Part shown: positions 31,790 to 41,073 of the stretch, piece by piece
Layout of the letters: every line of letters begins with the position of its first letter
How positions within the stretch are numbered: position 1 is the first letter of the stretch
From: an uncultured Acidobacteriota bacterium
Lineage (GTDB): Bacteria > Acidobacteriota > Blastocatellia > RBC074
DNA length: 64,000 bases
Assembly (NCBI GenBank): GCA_963796275.1
Contig: CAWCKY010000007.1
Coordinates: 224,001 to 288,000, forward strand
Direction: 5' to 3'
Notes under the pieces: model-generated
Databases searched by the model: none
What the model saw: only the letters and a program-made list of their open reading frames with translations
What the model was told of the DNA's origin: nothing
Program-made: the position numbers and the translations under genes

Positions 31790-33264
31790 GGAACCAGCAG
31801 TCTGAGCAATCATCGCAGCCTTATGCCGCAGACGATTCACGCGCTGTCGATTTGGCGGATGTGCCTTTCCTTGGACGATTTCTTCACTGGCGTCATAACA
31901 GAACAGCATTACAGATTCCGGCCTTGATCATCAGTATTTTGATGGTGCTGCACGGGCTTTTCGGGCCCACACTGGCTCCTAAAAATCTTGCCACAACGTT
32001 GAGCTGGGTCCATTTTCGGGGAGCTCTCGTGTTCGTATTGCTCCTCGCGGGCAACTTCTTCTGTCTGGCCTGTCCCTTTATGCTCCCGCGGCAACTGGCG
32101 CGGCGTTTATTGCGGCCGCGATACAACTGGCCTCAGAGGCTACGCAATAAATGGGTATCGATCGCCCTCTTCATATTGATCCTCTTCCTTTATGAATTGT
32201 TCGATCTTTGGGCGTCCCCCTGGTGGACGGCCTGGTTGATACTCGGTTATTTCCTCGCGATCCTGGTTGTCGACGGGGCTTTCAAACACGCGTCTTTTTG
32301 TAAGTTCGTTTGCCCGATCGGGCAGTTCAACTTTGTCGCATCTGCCATCTCTCCGCTGGAAGTGCGCGTGCGAGATCAGGAAGTTTGCACTGGGTGCCGA
32401 ACGAAGGATTGCATTCGCGGAAGGCGGGATCAATCGAGCGATTTGATAGTGATCCAGCGAGGATGCGAACTGGCGCTCTTTCAACCAGAAAAGGTGGGCA
32501 ATATGGATTGCACATTTTGCCTGGATTGTGTGCACGCCTGTCCACATAACAACGTTGGAATAATGAGCCGCCTCCCCGCCCGTGAATTGACGATCGACAC
32601 ACGACGATCCGGAATCGGTTATTTCTCTCGCCGCAGAGATCTGGCGGCATTATCCGTAGTGTTTACTTTCGGAGCTCTTCTGAATGCCTTCGGAATGGTC
32701 AGCCCGGTTTATGCCGCGCAAAGATGGCTCGCCGGCGTGTTACAGATCGAGCAGGAAGCGCCGATCCTGGGCGTTATATTCGCAGTGGCTTTGGTTGTGG
32801 AACCGATTCTCCTACTTGTTCTGGCCGGCTGGTTGACGAAAAGATGGGGAGGCAGCCGGAAAACAATTCTCCCGTTGATCATCAGGCATAGTTATGCGCT
32901 GGTTCCGCTCGGATTCGGAATCTGGCTCTCGCACTACGGATTTCATTTTTTAACGGGGCTCTACACTATCGTTCCCGTATTTCAGAGCGTTCTGGCGAGT
33001 ACCGGATGGCCGATTTTGGGCGAGCCGTTTTGGAGGCTGGGAGGCTTGCCCGAGAATGTTATCTATCCGATAGAGCTGGGATTTCTGGGGCTCGGATTAC
33101 TGGGCTCACTGCTTGTAGTCTATCGTCAGGCGGAGGAAGACGCCGAGGCGCATACGGGAAGATTATTTTCGGTGTGGGGAGGCCTCTGTCTTCTTCTCTG
33201 GGTCTCCGCGCTGTGGCTGCTTTCTCAGCCGATGGAAATGCGCGGCACATTTCTGGGCGGGTAG
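31786..33264 (+). CDS. Membrane polyferredoxin (NapH/MauN/FixG-like 4Fe-4S protein)
   Basis: CLACPF, FCKFVCPIG, CTGC..C, CTFCLDCVHACP; many TM helices; GTG start overlaps upstream TGA. Confidence 0.85.
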   Translation: MRNQQSEQSSQPYAADDSRAVDLADVPFLGRFLHWRHNRTALQIPALIISILMVLHGLFGPTLAPKNLATTLSWVHFRGALVFVLLLAGNFFCLACPFMLPRQLARRLLRPRYNWPQRLRNKWVSIALFILILFLYELFDLWASPWWTAWLILGYFLAILVVDGAFKHASFCKFVCPIGQFNFVASAISPLEVRVRDQEVCTGCRTKDCIRGRRDQSSDLIVIQRGCELALFQPEKVGNMDCTFCLDCVHACPHNNVGIMSRLPARELTIDTRRSGIGYFSRRRDLAALSVVFTFGALLNAFGMVSPVYAAQRWLAGVLQIEQEAPILGVIFAVALVVEPILLLVLAGWLTKRWGGSRKTILPLIIRHSYALVPLGFGIWLSHYGFHFLTGLYTIVPVFQSVLASTGWPILGEPFWRLGGLPENVIYPIELGFLGLGLLGSLLVVYRQAEEDAEAHTGRLFSVWGGLCLLLWVSALWLLSQPMEMRGTFLGG

Positions 33265-33302
33265 AGTAAATCGCTACCATTCCGCCCTTGCCAATAGTGG
33301 CC

Positions 33303-33854
33303 ATGGTCGATTGTCTCAAACACAATAGATTAGCGTGGCTTGCCAGTGTCATCCTGGTGTTCGGATCAGTTCTGGCCTATGGAAGGCGGGTGAGCGCACA
33401 CGAGGGACCGCCCTATCCTATTCTGGTCGACCAAATGATCGGCCCGTGTCTTGTCTCGGTATGGGCCGACCCTGACGTCGGCATCGGCTCCTTCTTTATT
33501 ATTCTGGAGCCACCTCGAGGCGCTGCGCTGCCCGAAGACGTCACCATTGAGATTGGCGCGCAACCGATCAGCGGTAGACTTGCTGAATCTCGTTATAAGG
33601 CAGTGCGAGAAAATTTGAACAGTCGCGTACAGTTTAAAGCTGAGATACCATTCGACGCACAAGAGCGCTGGCTGACACGAATCTTCCTGAAAAGCTCAAA
33701 GGGCGGCGGAGAGACGAGTGTCGAAGTAGAAGTGACTCCACCAGGATACGGTCGCTGGGATCTGCTCTTGTACCTCTTTCCTTTTCTGGCTGTGGGCTCA
33801 CTCTGGCTCAAAGCATTTCTTCGCCGGCGGGATCGCAAAAAAACTTCAACATAG
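33303..33854 (+). CDS. Exported, C-terminally anchored hypothetical protein with predicted N-terminal His
   Basis: Signal peptide ending VSA|HEG; C-terminal TM helix followed by RRRDRKK. Confidence 0.75.
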   Translation: MVDCLKHNRLAWLASVILVFGSVLAYGRRVSAHEGPPYPILVDQMIGPCLVSVWADPDVGIGSFFIILEPPRGAALPEDVTIEIGAQPISGRLAESRYKAVRENLNSRVQFKAEIPFDAQERWLTRIFLKSSKGGGETSVEVEVTPPGYGRWDLLLYLFPFLAVGSLWLKAFLRRRDRKKTST

Positions 33855-34006
33855 CGAAGCTGCCAGGTGAAATGCCGATTTCAGCTTTACGCTCATCCCG
33901 ATGCTGATTTAAGCTGCAATGCTGCCCGATTGTCGATTGCCCTGAACGCGTTAGCGAACTTCAATGCGAATAAAACAATTTTAGACAGGCCTCAAATAAA
34001 CCGGCT

Positions 34007-36232
34007 ATGACCACACGAAGAGAATTCATTCAAAGATCCGGCCTTGTGCTGGCTTCTGCCGCCGCATCAAAAATCAATCCGGCGGCGCAACCGACCACAT
34101 GGTACGACCGTCCGATGCGTTGGGCGCAACTCACGCTGGTCGAAGACGATCCCGGCAAATACGATCCGGCTTTCTGGCTCGATTATTTCCGGCGCACGCA
34201 TTCAGATGCGGCATGCCTGTCTGCGGGCGGCTGCGTCGCTTATTATCCGACCAAAGTTCCTTTGCATTACCGCAGCCGATTTCTGGGCGACCGCGATTCA
34301 TTCGGTGAACTGGTGGCGGGCTGTCGCAAGCTGGGCATGAATGTAGTCGCGCGTACCGATCCGCACGCGGCGCATCAGGATGTTTACGACGCGCATCCGG
34401 ACTGGATCGCCGTCACCGCCGACGGCAAGAAGCTCAGGCATTGGGCCGACCCCGAGCTATGGGTGACGTGCGGGCTCGGCCCCTACAACTTCGAGTTCAT
34501 GACCGAGATTACGCGCGAGATTGTGCGGATGTATAAGGTCGACGGAATCTTCTCCAATCGCTGGGACGGCTCGGGCATGTGTTATTGCGAACACTGCCAG
34601 CAGAACTTTAAAAAGTTTTCCGGACTCGAGCTGCCCCGCACCAACAACCCGCTCGACGAAACGCGACGGCAATACATCGTCTGGCGCCAGGCACGGCTTT
34701 TCGAGTTGTGGCGGTTGTGGGACGGCGAGATCAAAAAAATCAATCCGAACGCGGGCTACATCGCGAACGCGGGCGGAGGCGCGCTCAGCAGTCTCGACAT
34801 GAAGACAATCGGGGAGCTGGCGCCCACATTGTTCGCCGATCGCCAGGCGAGGCGCGGCTTGATGCCGCCGTGGGCGAACGGCAAGAACGGCAAGGAGTAC
34901 GGCGCGACGCTCGGACGCAAGGCAATCGCCGGCATCTTCAGCGTGGGCGTAGAAGAGCCTTATCGCTGGAAAGATTCAGTCCAGAGCAGCGACGAGATCA
35001 GACTCTGGGTGGTCGACGGCATCGCGCATAACCTGCGCCCCTGGTTCACGAAATTCAACGGCAAGGTGATCGACAGGCGCTGGCTGAAAGTGGTTGAGGA
35101 TCTGTATGGCTGGCATCACAGAAACGAACGTTATCTACGTAACGAACGTTCGCTGGCCCGCCTGGCGATCGTTTATTCGCAGCAGACGGCCGCTTTTTAC
35201 GGCGGCGAACAGGCGCGAGCTCGCGTCGAAGATCACGCTTTGGGGTTTTATCAGGCATTGATCGAAGCGCGCGTGCCGTTCGATATGGTGCACGACCAGT
35301 TGCTCGATGCGGCCCACATTCGCCAGTACCGGACGCTGATTCTGCCGAATATCGCCGCTCTTTCATCGGCGCAATGCGCACAGCTCAAAGAGTTTGTCGC
35401 GAACGGCGGCAATCTGATCGCCACTCACGAGACTTCGCTATACGATGAATGGGGAGTGCGGCGCAGCGATTTCGGGCTGGCATCTCTGTTCGGCGCTTCG
35501 TTCGCGGGACGTGTCGAGCACAATATCCATAACTCTTATCTCAACGTAGACAAAGACCCGCGCACCGGCCAATTTCATCCGATCGTTCGCGGCCTGGAGG
35601 ATGCTACCCGCATCATAAATGGCGTCCACTGGGTGCACGTCAAATCTCACGCGGAATCTGATGCTCCGGCCAATGTCCCGAATGACCTGCGCGCCTCGTA
35701 TGCACCGTTGACGCTGGTGCCTTCTTATCCCGATTTGCCGATGGAGCAGGTATGGCCGCGGGTGCCGCGCACCGATACGCCGGGCGTTTATGCGCGACAG
35801 ACGGGGCACCCGGAGCGTGGGCGCGTGGTCTATTTCCCCTTCGACATCGATCGCACGTTCTGGGAAGTGTTGTCGGTCGATCACGGCAAGGTCCTGCAAA
35901 ACGCCGTCGCATGGGCGCATAACGAAGAGCAGCCGCTGGAGGTAAAGGGTCGCGGTATGCTGGACGTTTCCCTGTGGATGCAGAAGGAATCGGTGACCGC
36001 GCATCTGGTAAACCTGACCAATCCGATGATGATGAAGGGGCCGGTGCGCGAGATCATCCCACTGTCAGAGCAACAGGTGCGCATTCGCGTGCCGGAAGGT
36101 CGCGGGGTTAAAAAAGCGCATCTGCTCGTCAGCGGTAAGCAGCCGGTCTGGCGTCAGGCGGGGGAATTCGTGAGTCTGAGCGTTCCATCTATCGATCTAC
36201 ACGAAGTCATCGCGCTGGACCTTGCAATTTGA
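34007..36232 (+). CDS. Tat-exported glycoside hydrolase-like protein with beta-galactosidase trimerization-type domain
   Basis: TRREFI Tat motif; YYPT, DGIFSN, CYCEHC; LILPNIAALS..FVANGGNLIATHETS. Confidence 0.8.
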   Translation: MTTRREFIQRSGLVLASAAASKINPAAQPTTWYDRPMRWAQLTLVEDDPGKYDPAFWLDYFRRTHSDAACLSAGGCVAYYPTKVPLHYRSRFLGDRDSFGELVAGCRKLGMNVVARTDPHAAHQDVYDAHPDWIAVTADGKKLRHWADPELWVTCGLGPYNFEFMTEITREIVRMYKVDGIFSNRWDGSGMCYCEHCQQNFKKFSGLELPRTNNPLDETRRQYIVWRQARLFELWRLWDGEIKKINPNAGYIANAGGGALSSLDMKTIGELAPTLFADRQARRGLMPPWANGKNGKEYGATLGRKAIAGIFSVGVEEPYRWKDSVQSSDEIRLWVVDGIAHNLRPWFTKFNGKVIDRRWLKVVEDLYGWHHRNERYLRNERSLARLAIVYSQQTAAFYGGEQARARVEDHALGFYQALIEARVPFDMVHDQLLDAAHIRQYRTLILPNIAALSSAQCAQLKEFVANGGNLIATHETSLYDEWGVRRSDFGLASLFGASFAGRVEHNIHNSYLNVDKDPRTGQFHPIVRGLEDATRIINGVHWVHVKSHAESDAPANVPNDLRASYAPLTLVPSYPDLPMEQVWPRVPRTDTPGVYARQTGHPERGRVVYFPFDIDRTFWEVLSVDHGKVLQNAVAWAHNEEQPLEVKGRGMLDVSLWMQKESVTAHLVNLTNPMMMKGPVREIIPLSEQQVRIRVPEGRGVKKAHLLVSGKQPVWRQAGEFVSLSVPSIDLHEVIALDLAI

Positions 36233-36516
36233 TGACCTGGTGACGAGGCCGGCATTCCCATTGGATGACGCGCTCATCTTTGCCGTCGATAAGCCGGGAA
36301 CAGATAATCCTTGTATAGAAGAATTTATCAAACAAATGATGCCGTGGGCACACGGCTATCAGTTCATGTTCATTCTTTTATTGTTTCATTTTTGCGCGCC
36401 ACTAGGCGACACGCGTTCTTCCTCTAATATAAAAATTTTCGTTGGCAAATCGTTAAGATCGTTGAGATGTTTATCAATAATAACCACACTATTCGAAAAC
36501 TAATCCTCACCCACGG

Positions 36517-36585
36517 CTCCAGAGGAGCCTAATGTTTATAGTTCGCGGCATCTAACTATATTTTTGAGCGCCGGAGGAGCGACAT
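36517..36585. repeat. REP-like palindrome pair (GCTCCAGAGGAGC / GCGCCGGAGGAGCG) flanking the Y1 transposase
   Basis: Same core plus ATGTTTATAG as in the MITEs at 12.4 kb and 61.4 kb. Confidence 0.7.
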
Positions 36586-36665
36586 ATCGGACTATTCGCT
36601 CATGCCGAAATTGGCATTACCTGCTCGAGCTTGGATTGTCACACCACCTCTCGAAATTATCATTG

Positions 36666-37130
36666 TTAGTCTTCGATGAAATCGAAAACATATTTGTCCT
36701 CAAAGGCGATATCGAACTTCCTCAACAATCCCAGGTATTCGCCTTTGAATGAGCTCTTGCCGTGATGCTCCTCTTGATTTCGAAGGTAGCGGATCACATT
36801 CCCCAATTGTGAATGTGAGTATGAGAATGCACCGAACCCTTCCTGCCAATGGAATCTGCCTTTCACCCAACGCCGCTCATTGATGAACTTCGAGGAGCTG
36901 GCTTTAACATCCCGTACCATATCTGACAGAGCGATATTCGGTTTCATACCGATCAACACGTGCAGATGATCGGGCATTCCGTTAATCGCAATCAGCTTCT
37001 GACCCTTATTGCGAATAATGCCGGTGATATATTGGTATAGCTCTTCTTTATAGTTAGGCTTGATCAGATTTTGCCACCCCTGCATGGCAAAGACCACTTG
37101 AATGTAGATTTGTGTGTACGTGTCAGCCAT
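36666..37130 (-). mobile_element. tnpA: IS200/IS605-family Y1 HUH transposase, RAYT-like (no tnpB)
   Basis: YTQIYIQVVF, PDHLH (HUH), FHWQEGFGAFS, RYLRNQEEHH. Confidence 0.9.
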
Positions 37131-37255
37131 GTGTCCCTCCATTGTTGTTGAACCAAGTGTTCGTAAGGAGTGGCCGACAGTCTGTAAGATTTACAGAAAT
37201 GGGATGAACGAGTCAAACCAAAATCCAGAGGGGGCAAATTCCGCACATTCCGCTC

Positions 37256-37616
37256 CTCCGCCGGAGCTTGGGGAAGGGGGCAGATTTGAACTATATACAT
37301 CTGGCCCCTCTGGGGCTAAAGATTATAAGTCGATCAGCGAATTCGGCGACCGGTTAATGGTGACTCAGTTCCTTTCCGATTGGATAGCGCGCCGCTGTGT
37401 TTTTATTACCGCTGTCCCGGAAAATTGCGACCCTGTCCTCCGGGGCTTTGGAAAGGGGTTCAGGTTTGAACTATATACATCTGGCCCCTCTGGGGCTAAA
37501 AGATTATAAGTCGATCAGCGAATTCGGCGACCGGTTAATGGTGACTCAGTCCCTGTCCGATTGTATAGTGCGTCGCTGTGTTTTTATTACCGCTGTCCCG
37601 GAAAATTGCGACCCTG
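37256..37616. repeat. Imperfect tandem duplication (period about 180 bp) of a REP half plus the 3' end of the TPR gene
   Basis: 37285-37435 matches 37465-37616 with five substitutions and one indel. Confidence 0.9.
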
Positions 37617-38612
37617 CACCGCTTCCAGCACGGTCGGGTTTTCCCGCCTCAGTTTCAGCGACAGCTCTTTTTCTTTGCGCGCCTGCTCTTCGTCGCCTAG
37701 CCGGAAATAGACTTGTGACAGCAGCAGGTGCGGCTGTGGATGATGCGGGTCGAGCCGCGCGGCCTCGTTGAGCTCTTTCACCGCCTGTTCCCATCGCTTG
37801 AGCCCCATCAGTGCCCGGGAGAGCGCGACGCGTGCGGGAACATAATCTGTCCTGATTTTGATAGCACGTTCCAAATATGGAATTGCTTCCTCATAACGGC
37901 CAAATTGCTGCATCAGGTCGCCGTAAAAAAATGGCGGCTCCTCATAGGATGGATCTAGCGACATCGCCTTTTCCAATTCCTTGAGCGCCTCATCGGTCTG
38001 GCCGACCTTCTGCAGATGGAACCCGTACTCGAAATGGGCCCGCGCTGACTGCGGGAACCGCTTCACGGCGCGGCCCGCGAGCTCGAGCGCCTCCGCGTAC
38101 AATCCGGCATCCTGGTGCGACTTGATAGCAAGGTAGTAAGCATTCGCGTCATCCGGGGCAAGTTCCACAGCCCTTCGAGCAGCATCAGCCGCCTCTTGAA
38201 AATAACGGCCCTTGCCATACTCCACCGCCATGACTTGCAGAAGCTTGACGTTCTTCGGGTTCAGCTTCAGCGCGGTTCTCCAGGCGAGCAGCGCATCCTC
38301 GCGCCGCTCAGCAGCCTGATAACACGCGCCCCGCAGGTAATGAGTATTGAAGTCTTGCGGGGATATCTTAGCCGCTCTTTCAAGGAGAGGAATCGCTTCG
38401 TTGATCTGTTTGCGCGAGAAGTAGAAGTAACCGAGATTGAAAAGGGCAGGAAAATATCGCGGCGACAGGTCAATCGCCTTTAGCCACAGGCGCTCCGCTT
38501 CCTCGTATCGCCGGGCTTGCGCTGCCTGTTGCGCAGATTCCGAAAGCGCCGACGGATCCTGCGCGTACAAGGTTGCCGAGATCATCGTCGCAATAACTAC
38601 AATCTTTATCAT
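37587..38612 (-). CDS. Secreted tetratricopeptide repeat protein
   Basis: Signal peptide; repeated TPR patterns. Confidence 0.9.
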   Translation of the reverse strand: MIKIVVIATMISATLYAQDPSALSESAQQAAQARRYEEAERLWLKAIDLSPRYFPALFNLGYFYFSRKQINEAIPLLERAAKISPQDFNTHYLRGACYQAAERREDALLAWRTALKLNPKNVKLLQVMAVEYGKGRYFQEAADAARRAVELAPDDANAYYLAIKSHQDAGLYAEALELAGRAVKRFPQSARAHFEYGFHLQKVGQTDEALKELEKAMSLDPSYEEPPFFYGDLMQQFGRYEEAIPYLERAIKIRTDYVPARVALSRALMGLKRWEQAVKELNEAARLDPHHPQPHLLLSQVYFRLGDEEQARKEKELSLKLRRENPTVLEAVQGRNFPGQR

Positions 38613-38635
38613 AGGTAAGCAGTCAGCAAAGACTT

Positions 38636-38740
38636 ATTTTCATTTTACATTTTACATTTGTCATTTAAGTCGCTCCCCAGGATGCAATCAATGACAAATG
38701 ACAAATGACAAATGTAAAATGACAAATGTAAAATGAAAAT
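38636..38740. repeat. Inverted heptamer arrays (CATTTTA/CATTTGT versus ATGACAA/ATGTAAA)
   Basis: Left arm 38636-38666 is complementary to right arm 38690-38740. Confidence 0.85.
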
Positions 38741-38766
38741 CAATTACCCGTCAGCGCTTTTATCTT

Positions 38767-40602
38767 TCATTTCTGCGTCGCTAACCGCTTCGCCGTTCCG
38801 CTGCCTTCGACAAGCAGCAGAAATGCGTCGGCCGGCGCACCCGGAAACTCCTCGATCCGGCCGGAGGGCCATTTAACCTTCATACGGTCGATACGGTTTG
38901 CGCGGCCCAGGCCGAAATGCAGGCGAAGATCGTTCTGCGAAACATAGCTCGACTGGCTGAGAACCGGCTTGGTCTGGATCTGTCCTGCCGCCTCAACTTG
39001 GACGATGGCCCCGATCGCGCTCCGGTTGGATTTCGTGCCCTCAAGCCGAAGTTGTATCCAATGACCGGAACCCGCCGGTGCCTTGAGTTCGTTACGCAGA
39101 AGCGATGGGGCCTCACCCATATTCATTACGAGTACATCGATGTCACCGTCATTATCGACGTCTCCGAACGCTGCGCCCCGGCTCGACTTCAGCTCCATCA
39201 CTCCAGGCCCCGCTTGGGCGCTCACATCTTCGAAGCGGCAATCGCCGAGATTGCGATAGATCAACCGGGGATTGCGATATGATTCTCCCGTTTTTCGAGG
39301 CGCGGCGTCGAGCTCCGGATAGACATGGCCATTCACCTGAAAGATATCGGTCAGTCCGTCATTATCCATATCCGCGAAGGCCACTCCCCAGCCCACATAT
39401 TGCGGGTTGACGGCTAATCCCGCACGTACGACTACATCTTCGAAGATGCCATCGCCGGTGTTGCGAAAGAGATTGGGATAGTCGCCGGCGAAGTTGGTCT
39501 TGACCAGGTCCAGCAGGCCGTCGTTATCGAAGTCCGCAACGCCGACTCCCATGCCGCCCTGTTCGAACCCATGTTCGCTGAATGCCACGCCGGCTTCCGC
39601 GCCAATATCGGTGAATGTCCCATTCCGGTTGTTCCGTAAGAGAATGCTGGGAGTCGAGTCGCAGGCGATGTAGATATCCGTCCATCCGTCGCCGTTGAAA
39701 TCAGCAGCCACCGGCGTGAAAGCGTAAAAACCTTTGACCGATCCTACACCTGAATCCGCGGTGGCCTCTTCGAATGTCAGGTTGCCGCGATTGCGGTAAA
39801 GCGTCACGGAGCCGTATGGCAAACCCCTGGGGCCGCAGAACACGGGCATGCCTTTCCATTCGCAGTTGGATGCCTTCCCGGGCAGCGGCGCGGTTGCGAG
39901 GTCGAAATCCTGATAACTCGTCACTAAAAGGTCCAGATTACCGTCACGGTCGTAATCCAGAAATGTGCAGCCGGAACTCCACTCTTTTGCAGGTCCGGCT
40001 GTCCCGCTCCGGGATGTGAGCTCCTCGAAGACGCCGTCACCACGATTGCGGTAAAGGGCATTCGGCCCCCAATAGGTGAGATAGAGGTCCAGATTACCGT
40101 CATTGTCGACATCTCCGGCACACACGCCCGAACCCCAGCCCGAGCGAGCCAGCCCCGACTTCTTCGTCACGTCCTCAAAGCCACGCGCGCCGGTATTGCG
40201 ATAGAGATGATTAGTCGGTGGCTGTCCATTGCTGTACCCTTCAAGGCGCGATCCGTTTACCATGAAAAGGTCCAGCCTGCCGTCTTTATCATAGTCGATG
40301 AAGGCGACGCCCGTTCCATTTGCCTCGATGATGTACTTCTTGCTCGTCTCATTCCCCGCGGTAAAGCGCATAGAAAGCCCATATTGCGCAGCGATGTCCG
40401 TAAATTTTGCGAGGAAAGGTTTCCCTGAAACGGGAGCGCGAGTCGCAGGCGTGGCGTTTCGGGTCGCGACTCCTTGCGCCTCGATTGTCTCGATTTCCCC
40501 GTCTGTGTAGATGTATAACCCGCCCGCGAGGAACCCAAGCATAAAGAGCACTGCCGTTCGCCATTGGGCGACGCGCTTTTCCATCCTTTGTTTATTTGCC
40601 AT
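38767..40602 (-). CDS. CRTAC1 family protein (FG-GAP repeats + ASPIC/UnbV)
   Basis: DxDxDGxxD repeats; RGAAFGDVDNDGDID; SNRSAIGA..SQNDLRLHFGLG..WPSG. Confidence 0.93.
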   Translation of the reverse strand: MANKQRMEKRVAQWRTAVLFMLGFLAGGLYIYTDGEIETIEAQGVATRNATPATRAPVSGKPFLAKFTDIAAQYGLSMRFTAGNETSKKYIIEANGTGVAFIDYDKDGRLDLFMVNGSRLEGYSNGQPPTNHLYRNTGARGFEDVTKKSGLARSGWGSGVCAGDVDNDGNLDLYLTYWGPNALYRNRGDGVFEELTSRSGTAGPAKEWSSGCTFLDYDRDGNLDLLVTSYQDFDLATAPLPGKASNCEWKGMPVFCGPRGLPYGSVTLYRNRGNLTFEEATADSGVGSVKGFYAFTPVAADFNGDGWTDIYIACDSTPSILLRNNRNGTFTDIGAEAGVAFSEHGFEQGGMGVGVADFDNDGLLDLVKTNFAGDYPNLFRNTGDGIFEDVVVRAGLAVNPQYVGWGVAFADMDNDGLTDIFQVNGHVYPELDAAPRKTGESYRNPRLIYRNLGDCRFEDVSAQAGPGVMELKSSRGAAFGDVDNDGDIDVLVMNMGEAPSLLRNELKAPAGSGHWIQLRLEGTKSNRSAIGAIVQVEAAGQIQTKPVLSQSSYVSQNDLRLHFGLGRANRIDRMKVKWPSGRIEEFPGAPADAFLLLVEGSGTAKRLATQK

Positions 40603-40703
40603 AGGCTTTAGTTATTGAGGCGTCAAATAGCACCAAAACCACTAGATACAAAATCTAAGCCGGGAAATTACCCGCAATATTCCGAGCTTATATTTCTTAT
40701 CTT

Positions 40704-40770
40704 TATACCTCTAAGATACTGCCTGAATCGGTTTCCATATACCTTTAAGATACTGCCTGAATCGGTTCCA
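40704..40770. repeat. 34-bp tandem duplication containing a GAATCGGTT(T)C near-palindrome
   Basis: TATACCT.TAAGATACTGCCTGAATCGGTT(T)CCA twice, between divergent genes. Confidence 0.8.
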
Positions 40771-40816
40771 TTCGGATTACATAATGTGGAGACAATCATA
40801 TTATTTGTATTTTTTC

Positions 40817-40846
40817 TTGACAAGTTGATGAGAGCATATTTATAGT
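40817..40846 (+). promoter_or_regulatory. Putative sigma70 promoter of the TonB-dependent receptor
   Basis: TTGACA-18 bp-TATAGT. Confidence 0.55.
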
Positions 40847-41073
40847 GCTCGTATCTACTCTATTCTGTACATTTAGAGAAAATTCAGAGCTGGTTAAAAA
40901 GCTTACGATATAGCTTAGCTGGGCTTGCTATTCATTGCAGTACTGGGGGAAGCAAGCGACTGAGTCTCCACATCTAATAATTTGCTGACAATTCGTGTGC
41001 TTTCGGTCCCGCACTGCTACCGGTTGGTTTCTCAATAATCGACCTGATTGAGAGAGAAAAGGAGGAGAAGTTT

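Noticed and set aside
36222-36503. 93-aa ORF in an AT-rich patch
   Set aside because: No RBS or recognisable motif
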